Source: Podarcis melisellensis
Lineage: Eukaryota
Length of the DNA: 64,000 nt
Assembly (NCBI GenBank): GCA_964234715.1
Contig: OZ174279.1
Strand: one strand, 5' to 3'
This document shows, piece after piece, positions 13,063 through 28,000 of the stretch (its first letter is position 1; each line of letters starts with the position of its first letter). A program made the position numbers and the translations under genes. The notes below the pieces were generated by a model that saw nothing but the letters and a program-made list of their open reading frames with translations, made no database searches and was not told where the DNA came from.

Positions 13063-16000
13063 GCTCACTGCTCTGGGATGTATGTATGCCTGTGTCCAGG
13101 ATGACTCTTTGCACTACTGCAACAACATTAGAATTGTGTTGTTCAGTGCTTAATGCCTGCCTGATGGATGCCCTTTGTCCATGCTGGGCAAAATTCCATT
13201 CAGATAAAATGACTTACATTATTAGGGTATCCTGAAACTTTGGAATAGCATTATGGGTTTGGTGGTGATAATGTGTAGCATTTTGCTACCCTGACATTGG
13301 GATGGATTTCAGCTGCACTGCATAACTCAAGGTTTTGGACTACATTCTTTCAGGTCTTCCCAGTATTTCCCTGACAATCTGGGAGGAGAGTGCCTCCATG
13401 GCAGTTAGGTGTACATATTGTTGGCAGAGCAGTTGCTAGTACCTCCATTTAGCCAACCAGATAAACTGCAGGGCACTCTTATGGGTAAATGTTTGGCCTA
13501 GGCTGGTGGCTGCGTTAAATGGTGGTGATGAGCCCTCCTCTCAATGTAGCATAGAGGTTAAATTTGGATTGCAAGCCAGGAAATCATTGGTTAAATTTTA
13601 CCTTGACCACAAATTTACTAGACAAGTGGTTATTCTCTCAAATGCTCTCCCTCCACACTCCCTTCACATTCCTAATATGAGTATATTGCTCTGGTGGGAA
13701 TCCGCCTGAAAGGGAAAAATGAAAACTCCCTTTCTTATCCTGATGGTCAGACTGCCAGATGTAGTCATTGCTCGTTGCAAGGAAGCAGTCTGTCGAGTGA
13801 AGAGCACCTCTGTGGTGGACCAGAACAGAGCAAAGAAGAATATATTGACACATCAGTGTTCTTTAAACAACTGCAAACGTTGTTTTTTGTGTATATATAT
13901 CAGATAGTGCAGAAGCATTTAAACCATTAATCTAATTTGTGATTTGGGTTCATTATTGTGGTTCCCACTAACCTTGAATTCCTTGGAATTTAAACCAGGC
14001 ATAGGGAGCCTTTGGCTCTCCAGTGTTGTTGGACCACAGCAGCCTTCATCATCCCTGACCATGGCCCATCCTGGCTGAGACTGGTAGGCGCTGAGGTCTT
14101 AGAACAACTAGAAGGCCTCAGGTTCCTGATCCCTACCTTAAACTGTATAGCAGTCTTCCATCGGCAGTAATGTACCAGTAGCTGATGCTGAGCATATTGT
14201 GGCAGGGTTAGCTATCAGCACAGGCTATCATGACAAAGTGGTTGGCTACAAAATCCAAGTCATAGGTTGCATTCAGATATTACTTTAATTGAGATACTTT
14301 TGGCACCATTCGGTGAAGAGTACAAATTAAAAATAAATAAGCAAATCAATTTAGATTGAGCCTAGCCTCCCCACAGACTTCACACTACCTGCCCCCCATG
14401 CCTCATTCGGCACAGTCACCACTTGATTGAAAACTTTCACTTCAGTTTTAGATTAATCATGGCTTAGAATGTCATGTGAACCCAAAACTGTAGTTAATCT
14501 TAATAGTTAGTGAAAACAAGCCAACTTCATTAACTGTGATTTGAAGCTGGCTTGTTTCCACTTCTCACAGTGAAGATTAACCACAGTTTGTCAAGGTTTA
14601 AGTGATGGAGCGAGCTTGTAGTTAATGAAGAAGAGAAGCCAAAGCTTCTGAACTCCTGTTGCCCAGACGATGGTCAGATGATGGAGCATGTGAGCCTGGT
14701 GGGGCCTAGGCTCCATTTCCCTAAAGCTAAACTAGCCCAAACCAGCCAATAAATCTGATGTCCTGGACAAAAGATAGGAAGCCAAACATATAATGCAGGG
14801 ACATAGGAATCTACCTTGGGCAGAGTCAGATCATTGGTCCATCTAGCCCAGTATTGTTGACAGTGACTTGCATTGGCTTTCTGGGGTTTCGGGCAGGGAG
14901 TTTTTCCCAGCCTTACCTGGAGAAGCCGGGCAGGGATTGAACCTAGGACCTTCTGCTTGCACAGCAAGTGCTCTTCCACTGAGCTACAGTCTTTCTCCTA
15001 ATCACTTTTATGTTGGCCCATAATTTATGAAGCCCTGAGCAAAAGGAAGGGAAACTGATCACTTAACTGAATCGTCAAATTAAATCAGAATATTTTCTCT
15101 CTTTGCCTCCTCCAAGCACACTCGCTTAAACAACATATTTCACTGTCTTCTCTTCCTTCTATGGCCTGTAAAATCTTCATTTTGTGTCTATAAATACAGG
15201 TCTCCTCTTAAGAATGCAGATCCTCGAATGCGTGCACAGGGCATCCAAACGCTTTCTGAAGTCCTCCTGCAGTGCTACTCCCTCCTTCAAGAGCGGGAAG
15301 GTAGGACATATGGGCTCAGTCCTCACTCTTTTGCAACCATGGAGAGTGCTGCTTCAGGAGCTGGGCTCAGCATTCAAGGGATCATGCCCAAGGTAGTGAT
15401 TAGCAGCAGGAGGTTAGGCAGGCAGGATTCAATGACTCATTGGTTTTTGACACGCCATATGCTTCTTTGCTGAGTAACTGGGGTGAACTCAGGTTTATTG
15501 AAAGCTCTACCTTTCTGTTAGAAAGCAGTTAAATGTTTGGAAGAGAGTGAAGATGGAAGGAAATGCCTTACCGAAGCAGTAAGGAGTAATGTATTTTGTA
15601 CTTTCAAGAGGATTATGGATTTTAGGGTGACACATAGAGGGAGGGTTTGACTTAATGGTATGACTCTCCTGGAATACTGAGACACATTTTCCCAAATGTG
15701 TACAGTATAAGCTAGTTTCAGAGCCTTAGCAGTGCCCATCCCTGAGTGGCTTGACAGGAACCTCCTTACCATGCTGTGGTCCAGAGCTACGTGGGTAGCA
15801 TATTCATTGCTAACTTTCATAATCATAATAATATCTGCAATCCGAAGAACACATGATTAGTGGCAGTCTGATCTATGGTTCTGCACCACAGAATGTCCTA
15901 TGAGATGGGAGATCTTAAGTGTTCAGTAACCTTGCAGTTTCCCTTTCAGAATGTCCTCTTGCTGTTTCTTTGGTCATAGTGTTAGGCATTTTATGCTTGT

Positions 16001-19000
16001 GTGCAACCACTTATAGGTCATCAGATGAATTTTTTAAAATAGGTCTGAGGAGCCAAGAGTAGGGGGAGAATGCCTATATTGCCAAGTGGCCGCTAATGAT
16101 TCTGCATTTTCCTCCATCCTTTCAAATCTGCTGAGGCTGATGTGGATGCCAATTTGCCCTATGGATATCTCTATTTGTGGTAGCTAAGCCCAACTACCAC
16201 CATAGCCCTAGTTTCTGATAATGCTTTTCTGTTCCAGTGTCCCACCTGGTCTTGTTCTATGAGAACCGGCTGAAAGATCATCACCTGGTCATTTCGTCTG
16301 TGCTGCAGGGACTCAAAGCTCTGGTGAGGATTGTTTTCATGGTAGTCATTCTCATTTATTCATTTCTGTGTTGTATTAAAAAAACAGAAATACAGAATGG
16401 ATCACCTGATAAGATTATTACAAAAAAGCAAATAATTTTCATAAGAAGCCTTACAGAAATAATCAAGTGGCAGCAATCTGTGACAAAATTGGGGACACAC
16501 TCTATTCATCTGCTCAGTGGTAGAAAATTGGGGTGTCCCAAGGATAGCAGATTGACAGCTCTGGCTCATTTAACTTAGACCAGTGAAAGCTGCTACAAGA
16601 CAGGCTGATTAAGGTAGTAGGTGCTGGTGTAGAAATAATCTTTTCTGAATCTACTTGGGATTTATAGGGATTAGTTAACAGTGAATTTCCCCCCTTTCTC
16701 TCTTAATGTTTGGGTCACTGTCACACTGATTAAATGATGGGCTCCTTTTGTTTGTTTCCATTGCACTGACTGATAATATGCCATACAAGGCAGTCTGAGG
16801 CCTTAAGCATGCTAACTGGTAGCCATCGTTACATGTAGATGGGTACTGAGTTGTTACCATTACTTTCCTTGTCTCTAGAGTATGTGTGTGGCGTTGGCTC
16901 CAGGTCTGGCAGTGTCTGTTCTCAAGGCCATTTTCCAAGAGGTTCATGTCCAGGTAAGTCAGAGAAGCCCTGATAGACTCTCTAATTTTGCCTTTGCATT
17001 CCACATCCATGCTTCATTCTTGCTTCTGTTCTCATTATTATTATTAAACTAGTTCCTGAAGTATCCTGTACCTCCTGTGGTCCCTCTTGGTGGACAATAG
17101 ACAGTAGTTCTCTTGGCTAAGACTTGCTCAATATTTTCTTGATGTCAAGAGAATTGAAGCACTGGGTCATGGCAGAAGTTCGGAGAATCATATCCCCTGC
17201 TCTTTGACACTGTCTAAACGATATTAGAAAATCTGAGACTTGGTGGTTTTATGGCTGTATTACTGATATTTTGTAATGGGCCGTTGTTGTAAGTCATCTT
17301 GGATGGCCATTGCCCAGAAAGGCAGGCTAGAAATAGTTCTTTAATAAATAAATAAAACTATGAAACACGGCCTGGGGGAATAGTGCACCGGAGTTGGATA
17401 TAGGTCCAAATTCATCATGACTTGTTAAGTTGCCTTTGGCAAGTAACTATATTAGCTGCCATTCTTTACCAACCCCCCACTGCCCATATTAATAACCTTA
17501 TTTGAAAGAGTAGTTGGGTGGGTGGACAAGATGAGATTGTGGCAACTTCTCTGAGCCTTGAGTAATTAAATATAAAAGGAGTAGACACATGTATCCTTTG
17601 TGTGTGGTAATGTATGCAAATTCTGCTGAGAAATGCCTCTAGTTCCAATGTGAATGCTTATCTTGTATATCTTGATTTTCACATGGGACATTAAGGGAAT
17701 TGGAGCTACTCTCAGCAAGACTAAAAATAAAGGTAGAGAGGATGTTATGGAAGGTCCTGGCCTTCAGCTGGGTGTGTGTAAATTTCTGACTTGCCTGCAG
17801 TATCTTAATTGTCTTTCTGGCAAATTAGGTACCCAAATCTATGGACCAGAGTATGATAACATGAACTGGAGAGGATCATAACAAAAACATAAATCTCTAA
17901 GACTTGGAACAGGTTAACTTAATACGGCTTTATTTCCCAGCTATGCTTTTTTTATCTTCCAGTCTTTGCTGCAAGCAGATCGCCATACAATCTACAGTAT
18001 CATTACTAACTTCATGAGCAGCCGAGAGGCAGGTGAGATGGATGGCTGTGGAAGGGGCTGAGTTGGACACTCTGCTGGAAAACCCTGGGAATTTCCTTAC
18101 CTGATGCTTTTTCCTGCAGAACTGAAAGGTCTGGGTGCCGATTTCACCTTCGGGTTCATCCAGGTGATGGATGGAGAGAAGGACCCACGCAACCTGTTAA
18201 TAGCCTTCCAGATTGTACGAGACATCATTGTGAAGGGCTATGCATTGGGTATGTCCAAGTCCTTGTCAGTGTGGGGAAGCCCATGTTGGCAGCGGTTGGT
18301 TGGTTGGTTAAACTTCTTATCATGCCTGCGGTGTGTGAGGATGCAGGCTGTATGGGGAGCTTGTTAAAGCGTGCATAGCTTTGGAATCATTGAACATAGA
18401 ACCACAGGCCATGGAACACACACACTCTCTCTTTCTCTCTCTCTCAATTTGTGGCCTGTGAGAATGGTAGCACTAAATAGGATGCAAATAAATAGTCCAT
18501 GTCCAGACTTGTGACTGACTGTTTTGGTCACCCCAAGAACTCATACTGCTGTCTTCACCTCTCAGGGCCCTTCGCAGAGGAGTTGTTTGAGGTGACTTCC
18601 TGCTACTTCCCCATCGACTTTACCCCTGTGAGTGAGTAAATCTGGTGCTTTGTCCCTCTTTCACAATGCTTGGATATGGGTGTTGGAGCAGGATAGTTTG
18701 TGTAATGCCTGGAACTGGGGGTGTCCATATGGAGACGGGTTTATTCAGCACTTTCATGTCTAAATCTTTCGATTTTGCTTCTGTTCCAGCCCTCCAATGA
18801 TCCTCATGGAATCCAGAGAGAAGACTTGATCATCAGCCTGCGGGCAGTGCTGACCTCCACTCCCATTTTTGCTGAGGTAGGGCCATTGTGTATCATGGCT
18901 GAAGTCTGTTTTCTGTGCCCTGTGGGTTCTTCCTGAGACCCTGTAGCAGAGTTGGTTCCCATCCTGATACACCATGTTGAGCAATAATACATTGACAGAG

Positions 19001-22000
19001 TTGGGATGGACTAATAATAATAATAATAATAATAATAATACATACATACATACATACATACACTTCCCATCTGGCTGAGTTTCCTCAGCCACTCTGAGCG
19101 GCTCCCAACAGAATTAAAAACACAATAAAACATTAAACATTAAAAACTTCCCTTACTGGGGCCCATAATGCAGCCATTTGTAATAGTTTATCCTCATCAA
19201 CAGAAGATGTTGCTGTAGTGGTGCACAATAATTTGGATCCTAAAAAGCCCTCTATGAATATATAGGTGTTGGGGAAGGGAACATTGATTGCAGATCTTCC
19301 CTCCTTCCTTCCCTTGCACCACCTGTCATGCTGCTCTGGACAAGATTTTTGAAGGGCAAAGCGGTGGCAAGGTGAAAATTCCTTCTTCTCTTGATGGGAG
19401 CATTACATTGTCATTAGCATTACATATTCATTAGGATAAGCCAATGCATTTAATCCCAGAACAAGCATATTGTAGAGATATTTTGCCCTTAACTTTGAGA
19501 CTTCAGTCTATTGCAGATATATGAGTTGGGGAATAAATTTACTCTCCGGTCCTTTTGTATTTCCCAACACTGATCAAACTGCTACTACCGTCAGACTTTG
19601 GACAGAGAGCTTGATTTATAGATATAAATAAATATTTGCTTTTTTATTAAAAAAGCTGGGATTAATGGCTCTCTGAAATGGCCCATATGCTACACAAATT
19701 GCTGCCGTGGTAGGTATATTTTGCCCCTCATAGAATTAGAATAAAGTCAGAAAGTTAGAAACTGCCAGAGCAATCTTAACCCTGGCCAGGCAGCAGTGGG
19801 CAGAGCTGAAGCAGCTGAGCATCATATCCAAAGCCATACCCTGCAAAAGGTGGGGAGTGTTTTTTCCTGATTTTTTGCTACACTAGCTCCAGGCAGGTGC
19901 AGCTGAGAGCCTGATGACGCTCTCAGAGCTTTCTAGTGGATACTGCCAGGGGTAGCTTCCTGCCTGCATGAGTGAATCTAGGCCCTCTACAATGATGGAC
20001 ACTCCCCTCTTGGCTAAGATGATAGCAGACTCCAGTATTCTAACACAAATACCCAGCCACCACCAAGGTGGTGTCAGTGAGGAGTATTGCATTGTGCTCT
20101 TTATATGGGTTTTACATTGTTTTGTGAGGCCTGCTGGTCTGATCTTCTGAGGTATATTATAACCCCAAATTTTGCTGAGCAAAGTATATTGAGATTTCCA
20201 GGATCTTCTCTCCTTACAGTTCCTGATCCCGTTGCTCATTGAGAAAATGGACTCTGACGTACAAAGTGCCAAGCTGGACTCCCTGCAAACCTTGGTAAGA
20301 GCACTGAGCAAAGGTATCAAGGCTCCGCAGTAGGTTGCCATGCAGCCCTCTCTGCCCCTGCAGCTTTCCTCAAAGCAAGCATGCACTTTTCTCTTTCCCC
20401 TGCACTGGGATTTATGTGCCCTTCAAGCTGATTTAAGGGGTGGCGGCGGCTCTGGTGTTGCTTCTAGGTAATGCAGCATCTTGACTGCAAATTAACAGCA
20501 CACCCCAGATGACTCATGTCTGACTCTCTCTCCTCCCCCCCCCCCACTTCCTTTCTTTTGCAGAATGCTGCCTGCATGATCTATGGGGAGAAGGAGCTGA
20601 AGGAATTCCTACCCAGCCTTTGGTCATCCCTGCGTAGGGAGGTGAGAGGAGCAAGGATTCCCAACGCGAGGTGGTTCTGGTGTCTTGTGAAAGTGCATCC
20701 ATTACATTGTTCCTGCTTTCTGTGTCTGGGGACTGCTTGATACATTATACAGTGGTACCTCACTTCAGGTTACAGACTCTGCTAACCCAGAAATATTACC
20801 TCCGGTTAATAACTTTTCTTCAGGATGAGAACAGAAATTGTGCAGCAGCGGCAGCAGGAGGCCCCATTAGCTAAAGTGGTGCTTCAGGTTAAGAACAGTT
20901 TCAAGTTAAGAACGGACCTCCAGAACAAATTAAGTCCTTAACCCGAGGTACCGCTGTATAGTGCATTGGCCTGAATATAAGCCTCACTTTTTTTCCGACC
21001 ATGAAAAGTTAAAGTGTGGTTTAAATTTACATTAACGACCTTACAAAAATTGGCTTTTACGATATTGCTGCTGAAACAGATATACGGTAAAACGGAACGG
21101 GTGTGAATGCATGCAGAATTTTAAGGAAGCGGCTTATATTCGGGTATTCCCCCCTTTCCCCCCCTTGAATTTTAAAGGCACAGCTTATATTTGGGCCAAT
21201 AGAGTAGTTTCATTACAGTGAATTATCAGGCTATTGTAATATTAGATGGATCTGTAAAGAAGCAAATAACCCCCCCTTCATTATGATCACTGGCTGGATC
21301 ACTGGATTGCGGGATCACTGACTGGATTATTTGCAGGATTGTCTGCACTGTACAGACTGATTCTCCTCCTGCTCCTCAACAGGTGTTCCAGACAGCAAGC
21401 GAGAAGATTGAAGCAGAAGGTTTGTCTGCTTTGCGTGCTCTGTCAACATGTCTGTCCCGCTTGGTGCTCAGTTCCGATGATGAGGATCTTTTAGATTCCT
21501 TCCTTACAGGCATTCTGCGAGGTAACCTTTGGAGCAACATCCCTTTTCTAGCATCTTTCCAATCCTGTGAAAGACCTTCCATTTCTCATTCATAAACTGC
21601 TGCTTGGAGGAAATGACCACTTCCCCAAGGGAAAAATATCTCGTCATGCTGTTGCAAGCCACGATTTGGCTTACAGGACTGGAGGGAAGGGTGGAAACTG
21701 CAGCTGACTTGTGGGAAGGCAGCAAGTTCTCCACTAAGCTTTGAAACTGTTTGCAGTTTGCAAGCTGGTGGAATTATGTAGTGCTACTTCTTGCTGGGAT
21801 TTCTGCAGTGGCATTAGGAGTGATAGTGTTTCTCCCAAGCGCTCTTACCTGTTTCAGATTGCAGACACCATCTTTGTGAGCCTGACATGAAGCTGGTGTG
21901 GCCGAGTGCCAAACTCTTGCAGGCGGCTGCAGGGGCCTCTTTGCGAGCCTATTACCGGATCACATACAGTGTACTTCCCTTGCTGGTGGAACAGTACACC

Positions 22001-25000
22001 AAGCATGAGCAGGTGAGGACAAATGGGAGCGGAATATGCTTGTGGTGCAGAGTAGTGAAAGGGGCTTAGGTGACTGCAGTCTCATATTAAGGGACGTTTA
22101 GTGGCATATACCTGCCCCAGGCATATGCTTGGGTTCAAATTCCATGTAGGACAATGGCCTGCAGATTTTGTCTCTCCTTCTGTGTCTTAGCCCCTTCAAC
22201 CCATCCTCTGCCCTCTTTGATCTCTTGTAGAGTAGCCAGCACAGGACAATCTTGGAAGTGCTGCTTGGTTTCTTGGAGCTGCGGCAACAGTGGGGGCCTG
22301 AGGAAGACGGTGAGATGGTTCTCCATTCTTCTTGTTTCCTACTAGCAAGGCTGCCCTTCTGCAGCATCCTGGGCTTCCAATGTTCCTGCCTTGCCCAGAG
22401 CAGTTGTTTGCAGAGAAGAGTCGCCCTTAATCTCTGGGATTTAGCAATGGGCTGTCTGGGAAGGGGGGCGGGCAGTGAGAGGGGTGCAGTAATAGGGAGA
22501 AGAGAAATGCGGAGACAACAGAATTGAAAAACAAAGAGTTTGACAGGATAGCTTCCCAGAAGAAATTCGAGCCCTTGTGGTCGGTGAGAGAAGTCTTAGA
22601 AAATGTATGCACAAGAGTTGGGTTCCAACTACAGCACACATTTAAAGCAGTATCATATCACCTTGGAGATCAGTATTCCCCTCACAGAGCTACAATTCCC
22701 AGAGTGGTTTAACAAGCAACCCCTGTTCTAACAATTCTCAGCACCCTTAACAAACTACCAGGATTCTTTGGGGGAAGCCATGACTGTTTAAAGTGGCATG
22801 AGAGTGCTTTAAATGCAATGCAATTGGGACCTCAGCCAAATATTCCAGAACCAAAGTTTCTTTGAGCATGGCTTTCAGTAACCAAGTAGAAATGCTCTTT
22901 GCAGGATGACATGGTGACTGCAGTTGAGTAACCTTGGTGGATGACTGCTCTTAATGAGCAATCCATCTATGTTTTTTTCTTATCCTTGTACCATTTCTGA
23001 CCACTCAGAATTTTAGGAAGTTTCTCATTCTTCACTATCTAAATTCTGATCACGATCCTCTCAGACTCCGGGTTAGAAAGTTAAAGCGCCCCTACCAAGG
23101 ACCTTGTGATTTGTGCCTAGGATGGTCAATCTCATGACACTGCCTGTGTGCCTGTTTCTCTCCCTTGCAGACAAGAGTCCACTGCTTTGCTTCAAAGACG
23201 CCCTGTGTTCCGTGGTGTTCTCTGCACTTTCTGAGTCCAGTGTTCAACTTCAGTTGGTTGGCATCCGGGTTCTGACCTTTCTAGGATCACTGCAAGGTAT
23301 GTGTTAATCTGTGGGTTGCTCCCAGGAGTCATGGAAGAATTACGGCTTGTTTAGAGATTTTCCCCTTGGTGTGCATTCCTTTACAGATCCATCTAGCATA
23401 CACACAGACCTGTTTCCATCATGTGTGTGCAGCCAGACAGCTGGACTTGAATCAGATTAGGTACTGTCCCACCCCACCTTGCATAACTTGGACTATATGG
23501 GCTGCAGGCAGCCTCTAGGAAGTGGAATGCAATATAGTAAAACTGGCACTGATAGCAGAGTGTTACTACCAGGGAAAGGAAGGGCTTTGGACTTCAGTCT
23601 CTCTTCCGTTTCAGGGCTCCTGACCCTCTCAGATGTGGAGATGTTTGTGGATCACCTTACAAAGTTAATCTTGCATGAGGACGATTCCCAGACCAGGTGA
23701 GGGGTGGAAACAAAGCTGGACCCTGTGGGTGCGAGGGAAACAGCAAGCATTGTTGAACTTCCCAGAATTGTCTTTGGGCTTATCTCTTTCTAAATATTGA
23801 AAATGTTTACATTCTTTTATTCCACTACCTGTAAATGGCAAATGACAAGGTTTTTAATACAGTCTCATGAATTACTCATTTCTTCATCCAAAATTCTGCT
23901 TCTGTTTGGTGTTGTCTTACTCTGATCTGTTAAGGTTTGCATGTGTTTTAATTAAGAGAAGGGCTTTACTAATACTGCTTTTATGATCTTTTTTCAATCT
24001 TAAGTTTTGTACTAAAACATTCTTTGGTTTATCATGCTTTGTTCTAATGTGTGAATAGAATCATATCCTCATTCTCTTAGCACAGATTCATTTCAGTCTG
24101 AACCCAATAATGTAGTTAAACATTCTTCCATAAAAATGTCCCTCATAGTGTAATATTCTTTAAATCCTTTTAAAAAAAAAAAAAATGTCTAGCTTGGTAA
24201 CATCCTGTTGTTTGTTTTAAGATTTCAAGTGCTGTATCTTTTCCTCTGGCCTTCCTGCATTTCCTATTCAGTGCGCAGTGCATCCAAACCTGCGAGTCAC
24301 AGGACAGTTCCCAAATAAATCCAGTGATTCCTTTTCATAGTTTCTATAGTGATGTGAGAATCCTACCCTCTTCTGATAAGTTCTTAGATGAACCCGGGCG
24401 GAGTGAGCTTAACAAAACCTGGGCAGTCTGCATCACTGTCTAACCTGCGTTCTTGTCCAAAGAGCTCTTGTAGTCAAGTGAACATTTTTATAAAATGTAG
24501 TGCACACACAGCTCAATATTACAATTATAAAATTAGATTAATCCATAAAGAACTGTGAGTTGCTTTACGGTATTGAGTGACCAACAAGTTCACCCATCCT
24601 TACACACTTCTTTATCCCTGCAGCATGGTAGCTATGGAGGCGGCCGGACGCCTGGCTCCCCTCTATCCACAAGCCTTCAGCAAGTGCTTGGTTCAGAAGT
24701 TCTCAGAAGGGCTGCATTCAGGTACAGCATGCAAGTTGGGTGGGTTGTGGGGAAGTGGGTGTCCTCTCTTATGCTGCCTTTACTAAGCATTTGTGCAGAA
24801 GTTCACAGCGTCTGTCCCTGAGTGCTAGCTGCATTGTAGGCAGAGCCGTTGCAGGGGGCTTTGACTTGAATCTGCGCGGTCTCTGTGCCCTGAGGAACGT
24901 GAGTAAGGCCAAATGGGCAGACGGATAGGTTAGCTCCAGGTCCAAGAATCAACCATTCCCAAATCCATATTCATGTGGAGGGGTAGAAGGTGGTACCCTA

Positions 25001-28000
25001 GGGACAAATTCATTGACTGGCTGTTGTGTTCTGTGTGCTGTTTCAGAGCTTCAGGAGGACAGCAATCCATCCCAGCAGGAACGTCGCCTGCAGGCTCTAG
25101 CAGCTGTGTCCACGCACCCTAGTATAGTGAGGGAAACAGTTCCAGTCCTCCTGCAGCACTTCCAGCAGATTCAGCAAGGTAGTGTAAAAATTGTATATGA
25201 TAAACTATTGATACTTCGGAAGTGAGGAACCTAGCCCAGTGCTTGGGACAGCCATAACAGAAGGGCTCAGCATCTGTGTGTCATTAATAGGATGTGTAAG
25301 ATTGGGAAGGGCTGCAGCTCAGTAGTAGAGCGTCTGCTAAACATGGAGAAGGCCTCAGGTTCAATCCCTGCCATCTCCAGAAAAGACTGGATAGCTCAGT
25401 TGGTTAAAGTGTGGTGCTGATAATGGCAAGGTTGCAGGTTTGATCACTGTATGGGACAGCTGCATATTCCTGCACTGCAGGGGGTGGAACTAGATGATCC
25501 CCAGGGTCCCTTCCAACCCTACAATTTATGTTTCCATGACTTCCTTTCTGAAACACTGAAGATCCACTGCCAGTCAGTGTAGACAGCTCTGAGTTAGGTA
25601 GACCCAGGAGCCTGACTCCTTGTAAGGCAGAGCTTCCTTGTTCCTATGGAAGGGGTTAGTAGAGAGCTGTTTGTACACTGAGCTTTGGTAACCTTTAGGT
25701 GCCTACAGTCCCATAATTTTGTCATTAGTGGGACAGAAGTACAGCTTGTTGTTGGAAGCCTAGGACCATCAGTCTTTGACTGTTTTGGCCCATAACCCAT
25801 TTCTGACACAATGTGATGCCTTTAAATGGCCTTGGTGATAATGTATTAGTATTTTTTAAAAAAGAAAAACACATTGGAATTGGTAGTCTCCACCCTGAAT
25901 GCTCTTTTGATTTTTTTTTTTTTTTTTGCAGAGAGTATACCTGCAGATACCCACTCTGTGGTGTCTGTGTGCCAGAGTCTGCAGCAGGTAGCATTCCAGT
26001 GCCAGCAAGATGCTCAGAGTTACTGGTACTTCCACCAGGCTGTGGTGCCGTTCTTGGTGGGCTTAGCAGTCAAGGCTGCCATGCAAGGTAAGGTGGGGAG
26101 ATGAGCACAGACCCTGTGCTCCCCGAACCAGGCCAGTACCCATAGCTCAGGTGGGGTTCTGTATACTTTAGAACCTTGAGAGAAAGGGAGGTACCTTTCC
26201 CTTGTGCTGGGCTGGCCTTTACCCACTTGGGGCCAATCTCAGTGTCCCTGTCAGGTGTCCATTATGCAGGTGACAAACTAAAAGGTAGCTGATGGGATTC
26301 CAGGAACTGTCTCCATCCCCTCACATTTATCCCCCCCCCCCTTTTTTTCATGACTCTTTTCAGAGAATTCCCATACATTGCCAAGCAGTGTGCTGCTGAA
26401 GGAAGAAGCCTTATCAGCCATGGTATCGGTCATCAGCAGTGCGTGTACGCACTTAAGACCAGAGTGAGTAGCAGCTGCTGCCATCCTGTGATCTCTGTCC
26501 CTGCAGAGTGACAAGTAGTGAGGCACAATCTTTGTGCTTTTGGATAAGGTCAGGTTCTAGCATGACTCGGTGAACAGAAGTGCAGGCAGTCTCCCCTTCC
26601 CCTCCTTGGGGAATATACTACTGGGGAATATACTATACTACTGTCAGATGTCAAGGAAATGAAACAACTATCTTGACTTTTAGAAGACATCTGAAGGAGG
26701 CCCTGTATAGGGAAGTTTTTAATGTTTGATGTTTTAATTTGTTGGAAGCTGCTCAGAGTGGCTGGGGCAACACAGTCCGATGGGCAGCATATAAATAATG
26801 AATTGTTATATTATTATGTGCTGTAAACCAGTGTTCTTGTTTCTTCTTCCTGGCAGGCAGGCTGCCCAGAGTGTCTCCAAAGTGGTTCCCCTCTTCTTGG
26901 ATGGAGACCTTTCCTTCCAGCCTGGAAACACCTTTCCCAGCATGTTCCAGCCCTTCCAGGTATTTTGTATGAGTGAGGCTCTGCTGCTGCTGCTGCTTCT
27001 GCTGCATATGGGGAAATGTGGCCAGAGACTTTGGTAGTGGAAACAATATTTCTTTTCCTTTGCAGGATGGGCAGTGTCAGATGGCAGCCCAGAGAAGGCT
27101 TGTTGCGCTCCTCATGGCCTTTGTCTGCTCCCTGCCAAGGAATGTGAGTCCTGGGGGAGATTTGGCGGGGCGGTGGGAGGTTGCCTCATGGCTGAGAGAA
27201 TGGTTCTACCCATCCTGCCTTGTGTGCCTGTTCCCTAGGCAAGTGATGCTGGGAGCCGGCAGCTTGAAGCTCTGCTGTTGCCTCCATGCCTCCCCACGCT
27301 CTGGCTTCCTTTCAGGTTCCAATTCCTCAGCAAGACCGCTTGCTACGTGAACTGCTAGCCCTGAGCTGCTCCTGTGACTGCCCTTTCACTGCCACAGCTG
27401 CTGCCAAATGCTTTGCAGGACTGGTTAACAAGCACCCAGCAGGTAACCTAGGACTGAAGGGCTGGGGATGTTGTTCAGAGGCTCGTGAGTTGGGCTGTGT
27501 TAAGTGATGCCCTGCTTGACTGATGCAAGAAGTTGCCCAGAACAACAGCCAGTCTCTTTACCCTTTCCAGGGCCTCAGTTAGATGAGCTGTTGGAGCTGG
27601 CCATGAACAAGTTGGAGCATGGCCTAAATGAGGGTCCTCATCAAAGCCAAGCCCTCACTCTGCTGCTGTGGGTGAGTTTCCACCATGCCCCATCCCTCCC
27701 GTCTCTGCCAGAAACAAAGCTCAATGTTCCTGTCTTTTTGCCCTGCAGGTGAGCAAGGCTTTGTTGCTACGCTACCACCCGCTAACCACACACCTGACGG
27801 ACAAGGTGAGCTTCTGGGAAAGGCCTGGGATCCTCAGGGAGGCCACTGTGCCCTTACCACATTCAGTGGCTCCTGTCTTTTATCCTACAGCTCCTCGTGC
27901 TTTTGGGGGACACGGTCCTTGGCCCTGCGGTGGGCGATGGTCTTGCCTTGCTCATGGCCGACTCCCCAGATGTGCTGGGCAAGAGCTGCCACGCTGAGGT

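Noticed and set aside
12859-13114. ORFs with repeated FLLSYFLT
   Set aside because: Antisense translation of the GTAAGAAA repeat.
23790-24540. Possible antisense L1 ORF1-like remnant
   Set aside because: Too degraded to support by eye; needs RepeatMasker.
25385-25460. tRNA-Ile gene candidates (also 28737 and 42798)
   Set aside because: Broken stems and a shared CR1-like tail show these are SINE heads.
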